Origin: Planctomycetota bacterium
Lineage (GTDB): Bacteria > Planctomycetota > UBA1135 > UBA2386
Assembly (NCBI GenBank): GCA_965228735.1
Contig: OZ245838.1
Span: 1,408,001-1,472,000 of the forward strand
DNA: 64,000 bases
Direction of reading: 5' to 3'
Of this stretch, positions 21,757-30,643 are shown one piece after another. Within the stretch, counting starts at the first letter, position 1. Each line of letters starts with the position of its first letter. Both the position numbers and the translations under genes were made by a program. The notes beneath the pieces are model-generated. The model worked only from the letters and a program-made list of their open reading frames with translations, ran no database searches and was not told where the DNA came from.

Positions 21757-22796
21757 CGCGGCACCTCCTGGAACTGGCGCAGGAAGCGCTGATCGCCGCC
21801 CATGAACTGCCGGATGTCGTCGATGCCGTAGCGCAGCATCACGACGCGCTGCAGCCCCATGCCGAACGCGAACCCGGTGTACTCCTCGGGGTCGATGCCG
21901 CCTTCCCTCAGCACGTGCGGATGCACCATCCCGCACGGGAGGATCTCGATCCACCCGGACTGCTTGCAGACCGAGCAGCCCTTGCCGCCGCAGAACGGAC
22001 AGTTGACGTCGAGCTCGAAACCCGGCTCGACGAACGGGAAGTAGCCGGGCCGCAGCCGCACCTCGACGTCGCGCTCGAGCACGACGCGCAGGCACGTCTT
22101 CATCGTGTGGATCAGGTTGGCGACGCTCACGTCCTTGTCCACGACGAGCCCTTCCATCTGGTAGAAGGTGTGCTCGTGCGTCTTGTCGACGGTCTCGCAC
22201 CGGAAGCACCGGCCGGGAACGATGACGCGCAGCGGCGGCTCGAAGCCGTTCTTCGTGAGCTTCTGCATCGTGCGCACCTGCACGGGGGACGTGTGCGTGC
22301 GCAGCAGACTGCCGTCATCGAGCCAGAACGTGTCCTGACTCTCGCGCGCCGGGTGATCGCCCGGGATGTTGAGAGCGTCGAAGTTGTAGTACTCGCTCTC
22401 GACCTCGGGCCCGTCTTCCTGGCGGAAGCCCATGGACTGGAACAGGTCGACGAGCTCGCTCTGCACGATCGTGATCGGGTGCAAAGCACCGCGCGCGAAC
22501 GCGGGCCCGGGCTCGGTCGGGTCGAAGTCGGTCGCCGCGAGCTCCTGCTCGAGCGCCTGCTGCTCGAAGCGTTCGCGCGCCGCGTTCAGCTCCTGCTCGA
22601 GCGCCTGCTTGACCTGGTTGGCGGCCTTGCCGAACGCCGGCCGCTCCTCCTTCGGCAGCGAGGTCACGGACCGGACGAGCTGCATCACCTCGCCCTTCGG
22701 TCCGAAGAGGCGCTTGTCGACGGCGGCGAGCTCGTCGCCCGTCGCCGCCGCGGCGATCGCGGCCGACCAGTCTTCTTGCTGTTGGTTCAGGTCCAT
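21753..22796 (-). CDS. pheS: Phenylalanine--tRNA ligase alpha subunit
   Basis: NFDALNIPGDHPAR, LRTHTSPVQ, YFPFVEP, GFAFGMG. Confidence 0.97.
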   Translation of the reverse strand: MDLNQQQEDWSAAIAAAATGDELAAVDKRLFGPKGEVMQLVRSVTSLPKEERPAFGKAANQVKQALEQELNAARERFEQQALEQELAATDFDPTEPGPAFARGALHPITIVQSELVDLFQSMGFRQEDGPEVESEYYNFDALNIPGDHPARESQDTFWLDDGSLLRTHTSPVQVRTMQKLTKNGFEPPLRVIVPGRCFRCETVDKTHEHTFYQMEGLVVDKDVSVANLIHTMKTCLRVVLERDVEVRLRPGYFPFVEPGFELDVNCPFCGGKGCSVCKQSGWIEILPCGMVHPHVLREGGIDPEEYTGFAFGMGLQRVVMLRYGIDDIRQFMGGDQRFLRQFQEVPR

Positions 22797-22891
22797 GGGA
22801 CGAGCATTCGGAATCGAGCCGGCGAGCGATGGCCCCGAACCACTGAGCTGCAGAGCTGCGGAGGAGCCGGAACTAGAGAGGGGCCTAGAAA

Positions 22892-22932
22892 CGACAAAGG
22901 GCACTGGCAATCGCCAGCGCCCTTCGGTGTCG
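22892..22932 (-). terminator. Intrinsic terminator-like hairpin after rplT
   Basis: Minus strand AAGGGCGCTGGC-GATT-GCCAGTGCCCTT followed by TGTCGTTT. Confidence 0.6.
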
Positions 22933-22952
22933 ACCGGGGGAGGCGGTCGCGC

Positions 22953-23309
22953 TCAGGCGATGGCGGCCTTGGCCTGCCCGACGATCGTCTCGAAGGTCTT
23001 GGGATCGTGGATCGCGATCTCCGAGAGTTCCTTGCGATTGAGCGTGATGCCGGCCTTCTGCACGCCGTGAATGAACAGCGAGTAGCGCAGGCCGTGCAGC
23101 TTGGCGGCCGCAGTCAGGCGGGTGATCCACAGCGACCGGAACACGCGCTTCTTCGCGCGGCGGTCGCGGTAGGCGAACGCGTCACCGCGAATGCCCGTGA
23201 TCTTGGCCTGCTTGTAGAGATTGCCGCGGCTCTGACGGAAGCCCTTGGCGCGCTTGAGGACGCGGTTGCGACGCTGCCGGGTCGCGGGACTGTTGGTTGC
23301 GCGTGACAT
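22953..23309 (-). CDS. rplT: 50S ribosomal protein L20
   Basis: AYRDRRAKKRVFRSLWITRL, LNRKELSEIA. Confidence 0.97.
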   Translation of the reverse strand: MSRATNSPATRQRRNRVLKRAKGFRQSRGNLYKQAKITGIRGDAFAYRDRRAKKRVFRSLWITRLTAAAKLHGLRYSLFIHGVQKAGITLNRKELSEIAIHDPKTFETIVGQAKAAIA

Positions 23310-23327
23310 GCTTGCTTACCGCTTTCG

Positions 23328-23525
23328 TTAGGCCCCACCCAGGAGCATCCGCAGGTTGACGCCGGTCTTGCCGGGCACGATCGCGGCGCGGCGCAGGTGG
23401 CGCTTCCGCTTGGTGCTCCGGCGCACCATGATGTGCGACGTAAAGGCGTGGTGGAACTTCACCTTGCCGGTCTTGGTCAGCTTCATGCGCTTGACCACGG
23501 CCTTCTTGGTCTTCTGCTTCGTCAT
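23328..23525 (-). CDS. rpmI: 50S ribosomal protein L35
   Basis: MTKQKTKKAVVKRMKLTKTGKV...KRKRHLR, directly upstream of rplT. Confidence 0.95.
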   Translation of the reverse strand: MTKQKTKKAVVKRMKLTKTGKVKFHHAFTSHIMVRRSTKRKRHLRRAAIVPGKTGVNLRMLLGGA

Positions 23526-23683
23526 CGCCGAATCGGTGGGTGCAGTCCGAGGACTTCGGACAGCAAGGCGAAGCAAGTTAGCGACGGGCCCGACCCCCAG
23601 CAAGCGTCCGAGCGGAAAACTCTGGCTTCGGGCCCGGGACGCGGTGAAAACCCCTCGCAGCCCTGCCATTAGGGCCGCCGCGC

Positions 23684-24517
23684 ATGGATCTCACCGCTGC
23701 CCTCCTCCAGTTCCTGGCCTTCCTCCTGCTGGGGCTCGGCCTCGCCGAACCTGCGGTCCGCCGATACGGCCTCGCCGCTGGCGGTCTCGCGGCCCTGTTC
23801 GGGCTGGTCCACGGCGCCACCGGGCCCGCGGAGCGGACGCTGATGCCGGTCCACCACTACGCCGGCTACGAGGGCAGCGCGCTCGAGGTCAGCATGGTCG
23901 CGTTCCCGACGATGCCGCTCGACGAGCCGTTTGCCGCGCCGGGCTGGCAGTGGTCGCTGCCGTTCCTCGGGTTCGTTCTGGTCTGGGGCACGATCACGGT
24001 GCTGCTCGGCAAGAAGACCCTGAAGAGCCCGTTCCTGCTGCCGATGCTCTACGCCTGGAGTGCGGCCACGGCGTGGCTGGCCATGCAGGCGCTCGCGGCG
24101 CCGAGCGCCGTCGTGCAGCCGGTCGGCATCGACCGCTTCCTGTGGCCGGCCGGCCTCGCGCTGTCGCTGCTCGTCGCCCGCCAGGCGCGCGGCATCCTCG
24201 TCGTGATCATCATGGTCAGCGCGTCGATGCTCGCGATCCGGCTGCCGATCGCGATGTTCAGCAAGTATGCGTCCGACGAACGCCTCGGCACCTCGCTCGA
24301 CATCACGGCCGTCACCGAGTCGACCGACGCGGAGATCGTCAACCCGATGACGCAGATGACGTTCGATCCAGGCCTGGCCCCGGGCTCCGACGACCAGCAG
24401 TTCTGGCTGATCTGGCTCGAACACTTGATCATCTTCCCGGCGCTCTACACCCTGAGCCTGTTCGGCATCGCGCTCGGCGTGCACCTCTGGCACAAGCACC
24501 GAGACGATCCGGAGTAG
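23684..24517 (+). CDS. Hypothetical polytopic membrane protein
   Basis: About seven hydrophobic segments; GC3-rich codon usage. Confidence 0.7.
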   Translation: MDLTAALLQFLAFLLLGLGLAEPAVRRYGLAAGGLAALFGLVHGATGPAERTLMPVHHYAGYEGSALEVSMVAFPTMPLDEPFAAPGWQWSLPFLGFVLVWGTITVLLGKKTLKSPFLLPMLYAWSAATAWLAMQALAAPSAVVQPVGIDRFLWPAGLALSLLVARQARGILVVIIMVSASMLAIRLPIAMFSKYASDERLGTSLDITAVTESTDAEIVNPMTQMTFDPGLAPGSDDQQFWLIWLEHLIIFPALYTLSLFGIALGVHLWHKHRDDPE

Positions 24518-24577
24518 AGCGGAGGCGCACCGGAGTCTGCCGAACGGTACCGCTCCGTACGGTACCGGGTTCACGTT

Positions 24578-24609
24578 GCCGGCCGTGAGGGCGTTGCCTC
24601 ACGGCTGGC
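24578..24609. terminator. Hairpin between convergent genes
   Basis: GCCGGCCGTGAGG-GCGTTG-CCTCACGGCTGGC, 13-bp stem with one G-U pair. Confidence 0.5.
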
Positions 24610-24632
24610 GTCCGGCCGGCCGGCAGCTTCCC

Positions 24633-26324
24633 CTACTGCTTCTTGTCGGCCTTGCGCTCGAGCTCGTCGGCGAGCTTCGGGGCGTCGTAGATCTTGCGCA
24701 GGGACTCGATGATGATCGCCGGGTGGACGGAGACCGAGCGGGTGATCTCGTCGTCGTAGACGTAGCGGTTGCCGAGCATCTCGATGTTGCCGTCGAAGAT
24801 CAGGCCGACGACCTCGAGGTCCTTGTTGACGACCGGTGAACCCGAGTTGCCGCCGATGATGTCGTTCGTCGCGACGAAGTTGAACGGCGTCGTCAGGTCG
24901 AGCTGCTCCTCGCGCTCGAGCCACGCCTTCGGCAGGTCGAACGGGTGCTCACCGCCGAACTCGTGGTGGCGCGCGAACAGGCCGTAGAGCGTCGTGTAGT
25001 GCGGCGCGATCGTGCCGTTGTACTCGTAGCCCTTGACGACGCCGTCGCTGAGGCGCAGCGACATCGTCGCGTCCGGCGGGATCTCCGTGCCGTAGACGGC
25101 GAAGCAGGCCTCACCGACCTGCTTGTTGAGCTCCGTCTCCTGCGCCTGCAGCTCGGCCATGGCGTCGCGATCACCGCTCGCCTCGACCTTCTTGGCCTGG
25201 ATCGCCGCGATCTCGTCCCAGACCTTGCCGTACTTTTCGCTGAGCTTCGGGTCCTTGGCAACGGCCGCGCGCAGCTCGTTCTCGGCCTTCTCCTTGACCG
25301 CCATGATGCGCGGGTTGCGCAGGCCGTCGAGGTAGCCCTGGAACGCCTTGCGGGCGTTCTCGATCTGCAGGATCTGCGACGTGAGCTGCTTCTTCGCCTC
25401 GGCGCTCTGCTTGGCGCGCGCATTGAGGTTGTCGAGCATCGCATGGATGCGCTGCAGCATGCCCGGGTAGTAGTGATCGCGCCGGTACTCGCACTGCGCG
25501 AGCGTCTGCAGCCGGCCCGTGCTGCCCGGGTTGCCCGTGACGAACACGACCTCACCCTTGGCGGCACCCTTCGTCTGCCAGTCGAAGCACATCTCGCTGC
25601 TGTCGATCGGCTTGCCGTCCTTGCCGTAGGCGCGCAGGAACGAGAAGTCGAGACCCCAGCGCGGGTAGCAGAAGTTGTCCGGATCGCCGCCGAAGTGCGC
25701 GCTCTGGCCGTGCGGGGCGCAGACGAGCCGCAGGTCGTCGTAGATCTTGTGGCTGTAGAGCATGTAGAGCCCGCCCTGGTAGAGCGAGACGACCTCGTGG
25801 TAGAGGTCGGGCTCGGCCTTCCTGGCGGCGTCCTTCACCGCCTGCTCGCCCTGGTCGCGCACCTCGGCGGTCACGTCCTTCTGCGCGACGAGCTGCGACA
25901 CGACCGCGCCCGGGATCTTGACCTCGTTCTCGTAGGCGCCGGCGTAGAAGCCGTCGGTCTGCCAGTCGTTCTCACCCTGCGTCGACGCGATGAAGTCGCG
26001 CGCGCAGTGGTGGTTCGTCATCACGAGGCCGTAGGGGCTCACGAACGACGCCGAGCAGAAGTAGCTGTAGCCGTTCGCGCCGCCCTCGCGGCCGAGGCGC
26101 AGCGACGCCATGCGGGCGTGGTCGAGCCACTTCTCCGACGGCTGCCAATCGTAGGCCTGCTGGAACCAGCCGAGCGGCGCGTGCTCGAAGGTCCACATGC
26201 GGCCGAGTTCCTTGCGCGCCTGCGCACTGGTCTCGGTCGCGAAGCCGAGGCTCGTGGCCGCGAGGAGAAGAACGGAGATGAGGGGCCGCCGCCGGCGGCC
26301 GACAGTGTCGTGCAGGTGTGTCAT
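24633..26324 (-). CDS. S46 family dipeptidyl peptidase, compact form
   Basis: Signal peptide, MWTF, CSASFVS..GLVMTNHHC, FGGDPDNF.YPR..LDFSFLRAY, GNPGST, DIIGGNSGSP, GLIFDGN. Confidence 0.92.
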   Translation of the reverse strand: MTHLHDTVGRRRRPLISVLLLAATSLGFATETSAQARKELGRMWTFEHAPLGWFQQAYDWQPSEKWLDHARMASLRLGREGGANGYSYFCSASFVSPYGLVMTNHHCARDFIASTQGENDWQTDGFYAGAYENEVKIPGAVVSQLVAQKDVTAEVRDQGEQAVKDAARKAEPDLYHEVVSLYQGGLYMLYSHKIYDDLRLVCAPHGQSAHFGGDPDNFCYPRWGLDFSFLRAYGKDGKPIDSSEMCFDWQTKGAAKGEVVFVTGNPGSTGRLQTLAQCEYRRDHYYPGMLQRIHAMLDNLNARAKQSAEAKKQLTSQILQIENARKAFQGYLDGLRNPRIMAVKEKAENELRAAVAKDPKLSEKYGKVWDEIAAIQAKKVEASGDRDAMAELQAQETELNKQVGEACFAVYGTEIPPDATMSLRLSDGVVKGYEYNGTIAPHYTTLYGLFARHHEFGGEHPFDLPKAWLEREEQLDLTTPFNFVATNDIIGGNSGSPVVNKDLEVVGLIFDGNIEMLGNRYVYDDEITRSVSVHPAIIIESLRKIYDAPKLADELERKADKKQ

Positions 26325-26408
26325 GCGGAATTCGTGTCTATGGCCCGCAGTCTACGCACGGGCTACGGCAGCGGCGAACCGCAGTTGCCGCCTTTTTCCA
26401 GCCAAGCC

Positions 26409-26449
26409 GCGGTCACTACCGCGGCAGACAAGGTGCGGTCACTACCGCG
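26409..26449. repeat. Two copies of the 15-bp quasi-palindrome GCGGTCACTACCGCG
   Basis: Exact copies at 26409-26423 and 26435-26449. Confidence 0.8.
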
Positions 26450-27667
26450 TCAGCCGGCAACCACGAGCAGATCCCGCACGAACGCCTCGGACATCTCGAG
26501 CGTGAAGTCGAGGTCGTCGTGGCGCACGACGATCCAGCCGTCGCCCACCACGACCTTGCGCCAGTCCTTCTTCGGGTGCCCGACGGGCGTGAGCTCGATC
26601 GACGCGATGTGCGGGCCGTAGCGCTGCAGCAGCTCGCGCAGGCCGCGGTGCTCGACGACCGTGGACCCGGCCCCCTGCGCCCGCTTGAAGATCATCGACG
26701 CGTTGTACTTCGGCTTCGTGTCCTGACTCAGCCGGCCATAGCAGATCGCCTCGGCCCAGCCGCGAAACAGGTCGATGTCGTAGCCGTAGTTCATCGCGTG
26801 GACGAGCCGCGCGCCCGGCGGCCGACCGCCGATCTCGCCGAAGACCGCCTCGCCGCTCGCGGTCCGGAACCACTCCATGTGCGTGAACCCGGACTCGAAC
26901 CCGAGCGCCTGCAGCACGCCGTGCCCGAGCTCGACCCCCGGCCGCGGCAGCTCCGCGTGGATGTCCTTGAGCACGATGTTCTGCATCGAGATCCACTCGT
27001 GCTGCGCGAGGATCATCGGCTTGGGCTTGTACCACGACACGTTCTCGAACAGCACCTTGCCGCCGGCGCACACCGTGTCGTAGGTCAGCTCCTCGCCCTC
27101 GACGTACTCCTCGACCGAGATCTCCTCGACGTGGCGCGTGCGCGCGAGCGCCTGCTCGAACTCGGCCCGATCCCCGCAGCGGAACGTGTTCTGGCTGCCG
27201 GCCCCGTCGATCGGTTTGACGATCGCCGGATACCCGACCTGCTCGGCGACGGCCCACGCCTCGCTCTGCGTGCGCGCGCGCCCGTGCCGCGGCACGCGTA
27301 AACCGGCGGCCTCGACGGCCTGCTTCATCGCTTCCTTGTCGCGCACGACGGCGGTCTGCGCCATCGTCATGCCGGGCACGTCGAACGCGTGGCGCAGTCG
27401 CGCGGCCAGGTACATGAGGCGTTCCCACGAGCACTCGACCCGATCGACGCTGCGGCCACGGAGCCAGCTGCGCACGCGTTCGACCGCGGCCTCTTCGTCG
27501 GCGAACGAGCACTGCAGGTAGTCGGCGAGGACCTCGCGCGCCTCCTGCGGCAACGCCGCCGCCGGTTGGTCGCCGACGCCGTAGACGCGGGCACCGACCT
27601 GGGCGAGTCCGCGCGCGAACAGCGGCATCTCGGCGGGAAAGCCAGGACTGAGAAAGACGACGTTCAT
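26450..27667 (-). CDS. ATP-grasp ligase (paralog 1)
   Basis: RDKEAMK, GYPAIVKPIDGAGS, VEEYVEG, THMEWF, GEIGGRPPG. Confidence 0.88.
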   Translation of the reverse strand: MNVVFLSPGFPAEMPLFARGLAQVGARVYGVGDQPAAALPQEAREVLADYLQCSFADEEAAVERVRSWLRGRSVDRVECSWERLMYLAARLRHAFDVPGMTMAQTAVVRDKEAMKQAVEAAGLRVPRHGRARTQSEAWAVAEQVGYPAIVKPIDGAGSQNTFRCGDRAEFEQALARTRHVEEISVEEYVEGEELTYDTVCAGGKVLFENVSWYKPKPMILAQHEWISMQNIVLKDIHAELPRPGVELGHGVLQALGFESGFTHMEWFRTASGEAVFGEIGGRPPGARLVHAMNYGYDIDLFRGWAEAICYGRLSQDTKPKYNASMIFKRAQGAGSTVVEHRGLRELLQRYGPHIASIELTPVGHPKKDWRKVVVGDGWIVVRHDDLDFTLEMSEAFVRDLLVVAG

Positions 27668-27710
27668 GGTGCTTGCTGCGCGGGTCCCTGAGCGAACAAC
27701 TTGCGAGCGG

Positions 27711-28964
27711 TCAACTCCCGAGCTCGACACGCACGGTGGTGAGAATGCGGTCGGCAGCCGCCTGCACGACCTCGGTGTCCGGGTGCCGGACGATCACATG
27801 CCCCTCGCCCTCGTAGCTCGCGCTCGGCGCCTGACCGACCTCCGGCATCATCGCCTCGACGATCAGCGGGCCGAGCTCCTGCTCGATCTCCCGCACGCCG
27901 TGGACGGCCGTCACGCGCCGCGCGCCGCCGCGCCCCCGCTTGCCGTCCTGGCCGGCGAGCTGACCGCGCAGGTAGACCGCGGCGACCGCGTACTGCCGCG
28001 CCGGCGGCTCGAACCGTTCGAACACCATGAGCTCGGCGAACGCGCGATACATGTCGCGGTCGTAGGCGTAGCTCATGAGCGACACGAACTGCGCGCCCGG
28101 CGGCCGCGCGGCGACCTCGCCGATCGCGATCGAACCGTCGTCGCGCCGGAACCACTCCATGTGGGTCATCCCGGTCCACATGCCGAGCGCCTGCAGCGCC
28201 GCGGGACCGAAGCGGTGGATCTGGGCGTACTCCGGCCCGTCGATCTGGCGCGGGAGCACGACGCACCACTGGATCCACGGGTTGTCCATCACCGTGAGCG
28301 GCGTCGGGTGGTAGCTCGAGATGCTGTGCAGCACATGCATGCCGTGCAGCGTGATCGAGTCGAACGAGAACTCGCGCCCCTGCACGAACTCCTCGACGAG
28401 CACCTCGCGGCCGGGTGCGGGCCGCGTCGCCTGCAGGAAGTGCCGCAGGTCGTCCTGGTTCTCGCAGCGTGACGTCGACTTGGCCCCGGCCCCGGCCGGC
28501 GGTTTGGCGACGAGCGGATAGCCGATCGCGCTCGCGAACGCCTCGGCCATCGCCGCCGAGCTGCAGAGCCGGTGCCGCGCGGTGCCGATCCCGTGCGAGC
28601 TGAGCACCTCCTTCATGCGCGCCTTGTCGCGGAAGTTCCTGGCCTCCTGGCGATCCATACCGCGGATGGACAGCTCCTCGCGCACCTGGCCGAGCGGCTC
28701 CTGCAGCGGCTCGAGGATGCCGAGCAGGCGTTCGACCTCACCGTGGGCCGCGCCCAGCTCGCGCACCGAACGCGCGATCACCGCGGGATCGAGGGCGTCG
28801 CCGACCGTGCGCAGGTCCACGAGCCGATCGGTCAGGTCCGCGGGCAACGCGGATCGTTGGTCCTGCGTCACGACGCTGAGCTCGACGCCCGGCAGCGCGG
28901 CGACCGCGCGCGCGAATCGCAGCGAGCTTTGCATTCCGAACGGGATGACGAAGACGACGTGCAT
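27711..28964 (-). CDS. ATP-grasp ligase (paralog 2)
   Basis: FRDKARMK, GYPLVAKPPAGAGA, VEEFVQG, THMEWF, GEVAARPPG. Confidence 0.88.
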   Translation of the reverse strand: MHVVFVIPFGMQSSLRFARAVAALPGVELSVVTQDQRSALPADLTDRLVDLRTVGDALDPAVIARSVRELGAAHGEVERLLGILEPLQEPLGQVREELSIRGMDRQEARNFRDKARMKEVLSSHGIGTARHRLCSSAAMAEAFASAIGYPLVAKPPAGAGAKSTSRCENQDDLRHFLQATRPAPGREVLVEEFVQGREFSFDSITLHGMHVLHSISSYHPTPLTVMDNPWIQWCVVLPRQIDGPEYAQIHRFGPAALQALGMWTGMTHMEWFRRDDGSIAIGEVAARPPGAQFVSLMSYAYDRDMYRAFAELMVFERFEPPARQYAVAAVYLRGQLAGQDGKRGRGGARRVTAVHGVREIEQELGPLIVEAMMPEVGQAPSASYEGEGHVIVRHPDTEVVQAAADRILTTVRVELGS

Positions 28965-29108
28965 GAGAGCGGAGCGGTCGCGCATGCTATTGCGACCACC
29001 GCGCCGTCGCTACCTTTGAGCCACCGCTCTCGCGCGGAGCGCCCATCGTTGCGAACTTCGGCGACACCACGCTCGCGTCGTGGCGGCCGGCATGCGAGCA
29101 TCGCAGTC

Positions 29109-30575
29109 ATGCGTCCCCTGCGCATCTGCCTCGCCGCCTCGGAGCTGTCGCCGTACGCCAAGACCGGCGGCCTCGCCGACGTGGTCACGGGTCTCGGCCG
29201 GTATCTCGGCCGGGCGGGCCACGAGACCCGCATCTTCGTGCCGCTGTATCGCAGCATCGCGGAGTCGGACCTCCAGACCACGGTGCTCGAACGAGCTCAG
29301 GACATCGACGTCCGGTTCCCCGACCGCACCGTCCGGTTCTCGATCCGGACCGCGACGTTGCCAGGGCAGGAGAACGGCAGCTCGCCGCAGGTGTGCTTCG
29401 TCGACTGCCCCGAGCTCTACCACCGGGCCGGCCTCTACACCGAGGACGGCGACGAGTCGCTGCGCTTCGCGACGCTCAACCGCGCCGTGCTCGACACGTG
29501 CCAGCGCCTCGGCTGGGCGCCGGACGTGATCCACTGCAACGACTGGCACACGAGCCTGATCCCGCTGCTGCTGCGCACGACGTATCACTGGGACAAGCTG
29601 TTCCGCAAGACCAGGACCCTGCTGACGATCCACAACATCGGCTACCAGGGCTCGTTCGCCGACAGCCACCTCAAGACGATCGGCCTCGACGATCAGCGCG
29701 CACACCTGCACCACGGCGACCTGCGCGACGGGCGCTTCGCGTTCCTCAAGACCGGCGTGCTGCACGCCAACAAGCTGTCCACGGTCTCGGTGACGTACGC
29801 CGAGGAGATCCAAACCGCGGAGTACGGCATGGGGATGGAAGAGCTGCTGCAGACGCGCAAGCGCGACCTGGTCGGCATCGTCAACGGCGTCGACTACGGC
29901 GACTGGGATCCGGCGACCGATCCGCTGATCCCGCACCACTACTCCGCCGACGATCCGAGCGGCAAGGCCAAGATGAAGGCCGCGCTGCTGCAGCGCATGG
30001 AGCTGCCGCACGACCCGCGCGCCCCGGTGTTCGGCGTCGTCTCGCGCCTCACGGCGCAGAAGGGCTTCGAGCTGTTCGCCGACTCGATCCCGGTCTTCCT
30101 GCAGCGCGAGGACATGCGCCTCGTCGTGCTCGGCTCGGGCGAGAGCAAGCACGAGACCTACTTCCAATGGCTGCGCGACACGTGGCCCGACAAGGTCGGG
30201 CTCTACCGCGGCTTCCACAACGAGCTCGCCCACTGGATCGAGGCCGGCAGCGACGTGTTCCTCATGCCGTCGCGCTTCGAGCCGTGCGGGCTCAACCAGA
30301 TGTACAGCCTGCGCTACGGCACCGCGCCGATCGTGCGCAAGACCGGCGGGCTCGCCGACACGGTGCAGCCGTGGGATCCCGCGGCCCGCACCGGCACGGG
30401 CTTTCTGTTCGAGGAGTACACGAGCCAGGCGCTCGCCGGCACGATCGACTGGTGCCTGCGCAACTGGCGCGACCAGGAGGGCTGGCGGCAGTTGATCAAG
30501 AACGGCATGCAGCGCGATTTCTCCTGGGACCGCCAGGGCGCCGAGTACGTGAAGCTCTACCGTGAGCTGGCCTGA
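29109..30575 (+). CDS. glgA: Glycogen synthase
   Basis: KTGGLADV, IHCNDWHT, TIHNIGYQG, GIVNGVD, SRLTAQKG, MPSRFEPCGLNQMYSLRYG. Confidence 0.96.
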   Translation: MRPLRICLAASELSPYAKTGGLADVVTGLGRYLGRAGHETRIFVPLYRSIAESDLQTTVLERAQDIDVRFPDRTVRFSIRTATLPGQENGSSPQVCFVDCPELYHRAGLYTEDGDESLRFATLNRAVLDTCQRLGWAPDVIHCNDWHTSLIPLLLRTTYHWDKLFRKTRTLLTIHNIGYQGSFADSHLKTIGLDDQRAHLHHGDLRDGRFAFLKTGVLHANKLSTVSVTYAEEIQTAEYGMGMEELLQTRKRDLVGIVNGVDYGDWDPATDPLIPHHYSADDPSGKAKMKAALLQRMELPHDPRAPVFGVVSRLTAQKGFELFADSIPVFLQREDMRLVVLGSGESKHETYFQWLRDTWPDKVGLYRGFHNELAHWIEAGSDVFLMPSRFEPCGLNQMYSLRYGTAPIVRKTGGLADTVQPWDPAARTGTGFLFEEYTSQALAGTIDWCLRNWRDQEGWRQLIKNGMQRDFSWDRQGAEYVKLYRELA

Positions 30576-30643
30576 GCCGGACACGGCTCCGCCAGACCTC
30601 ACCGCTCGACCTCACCGGCCACCGACCGCAGAAACCCCACCCC

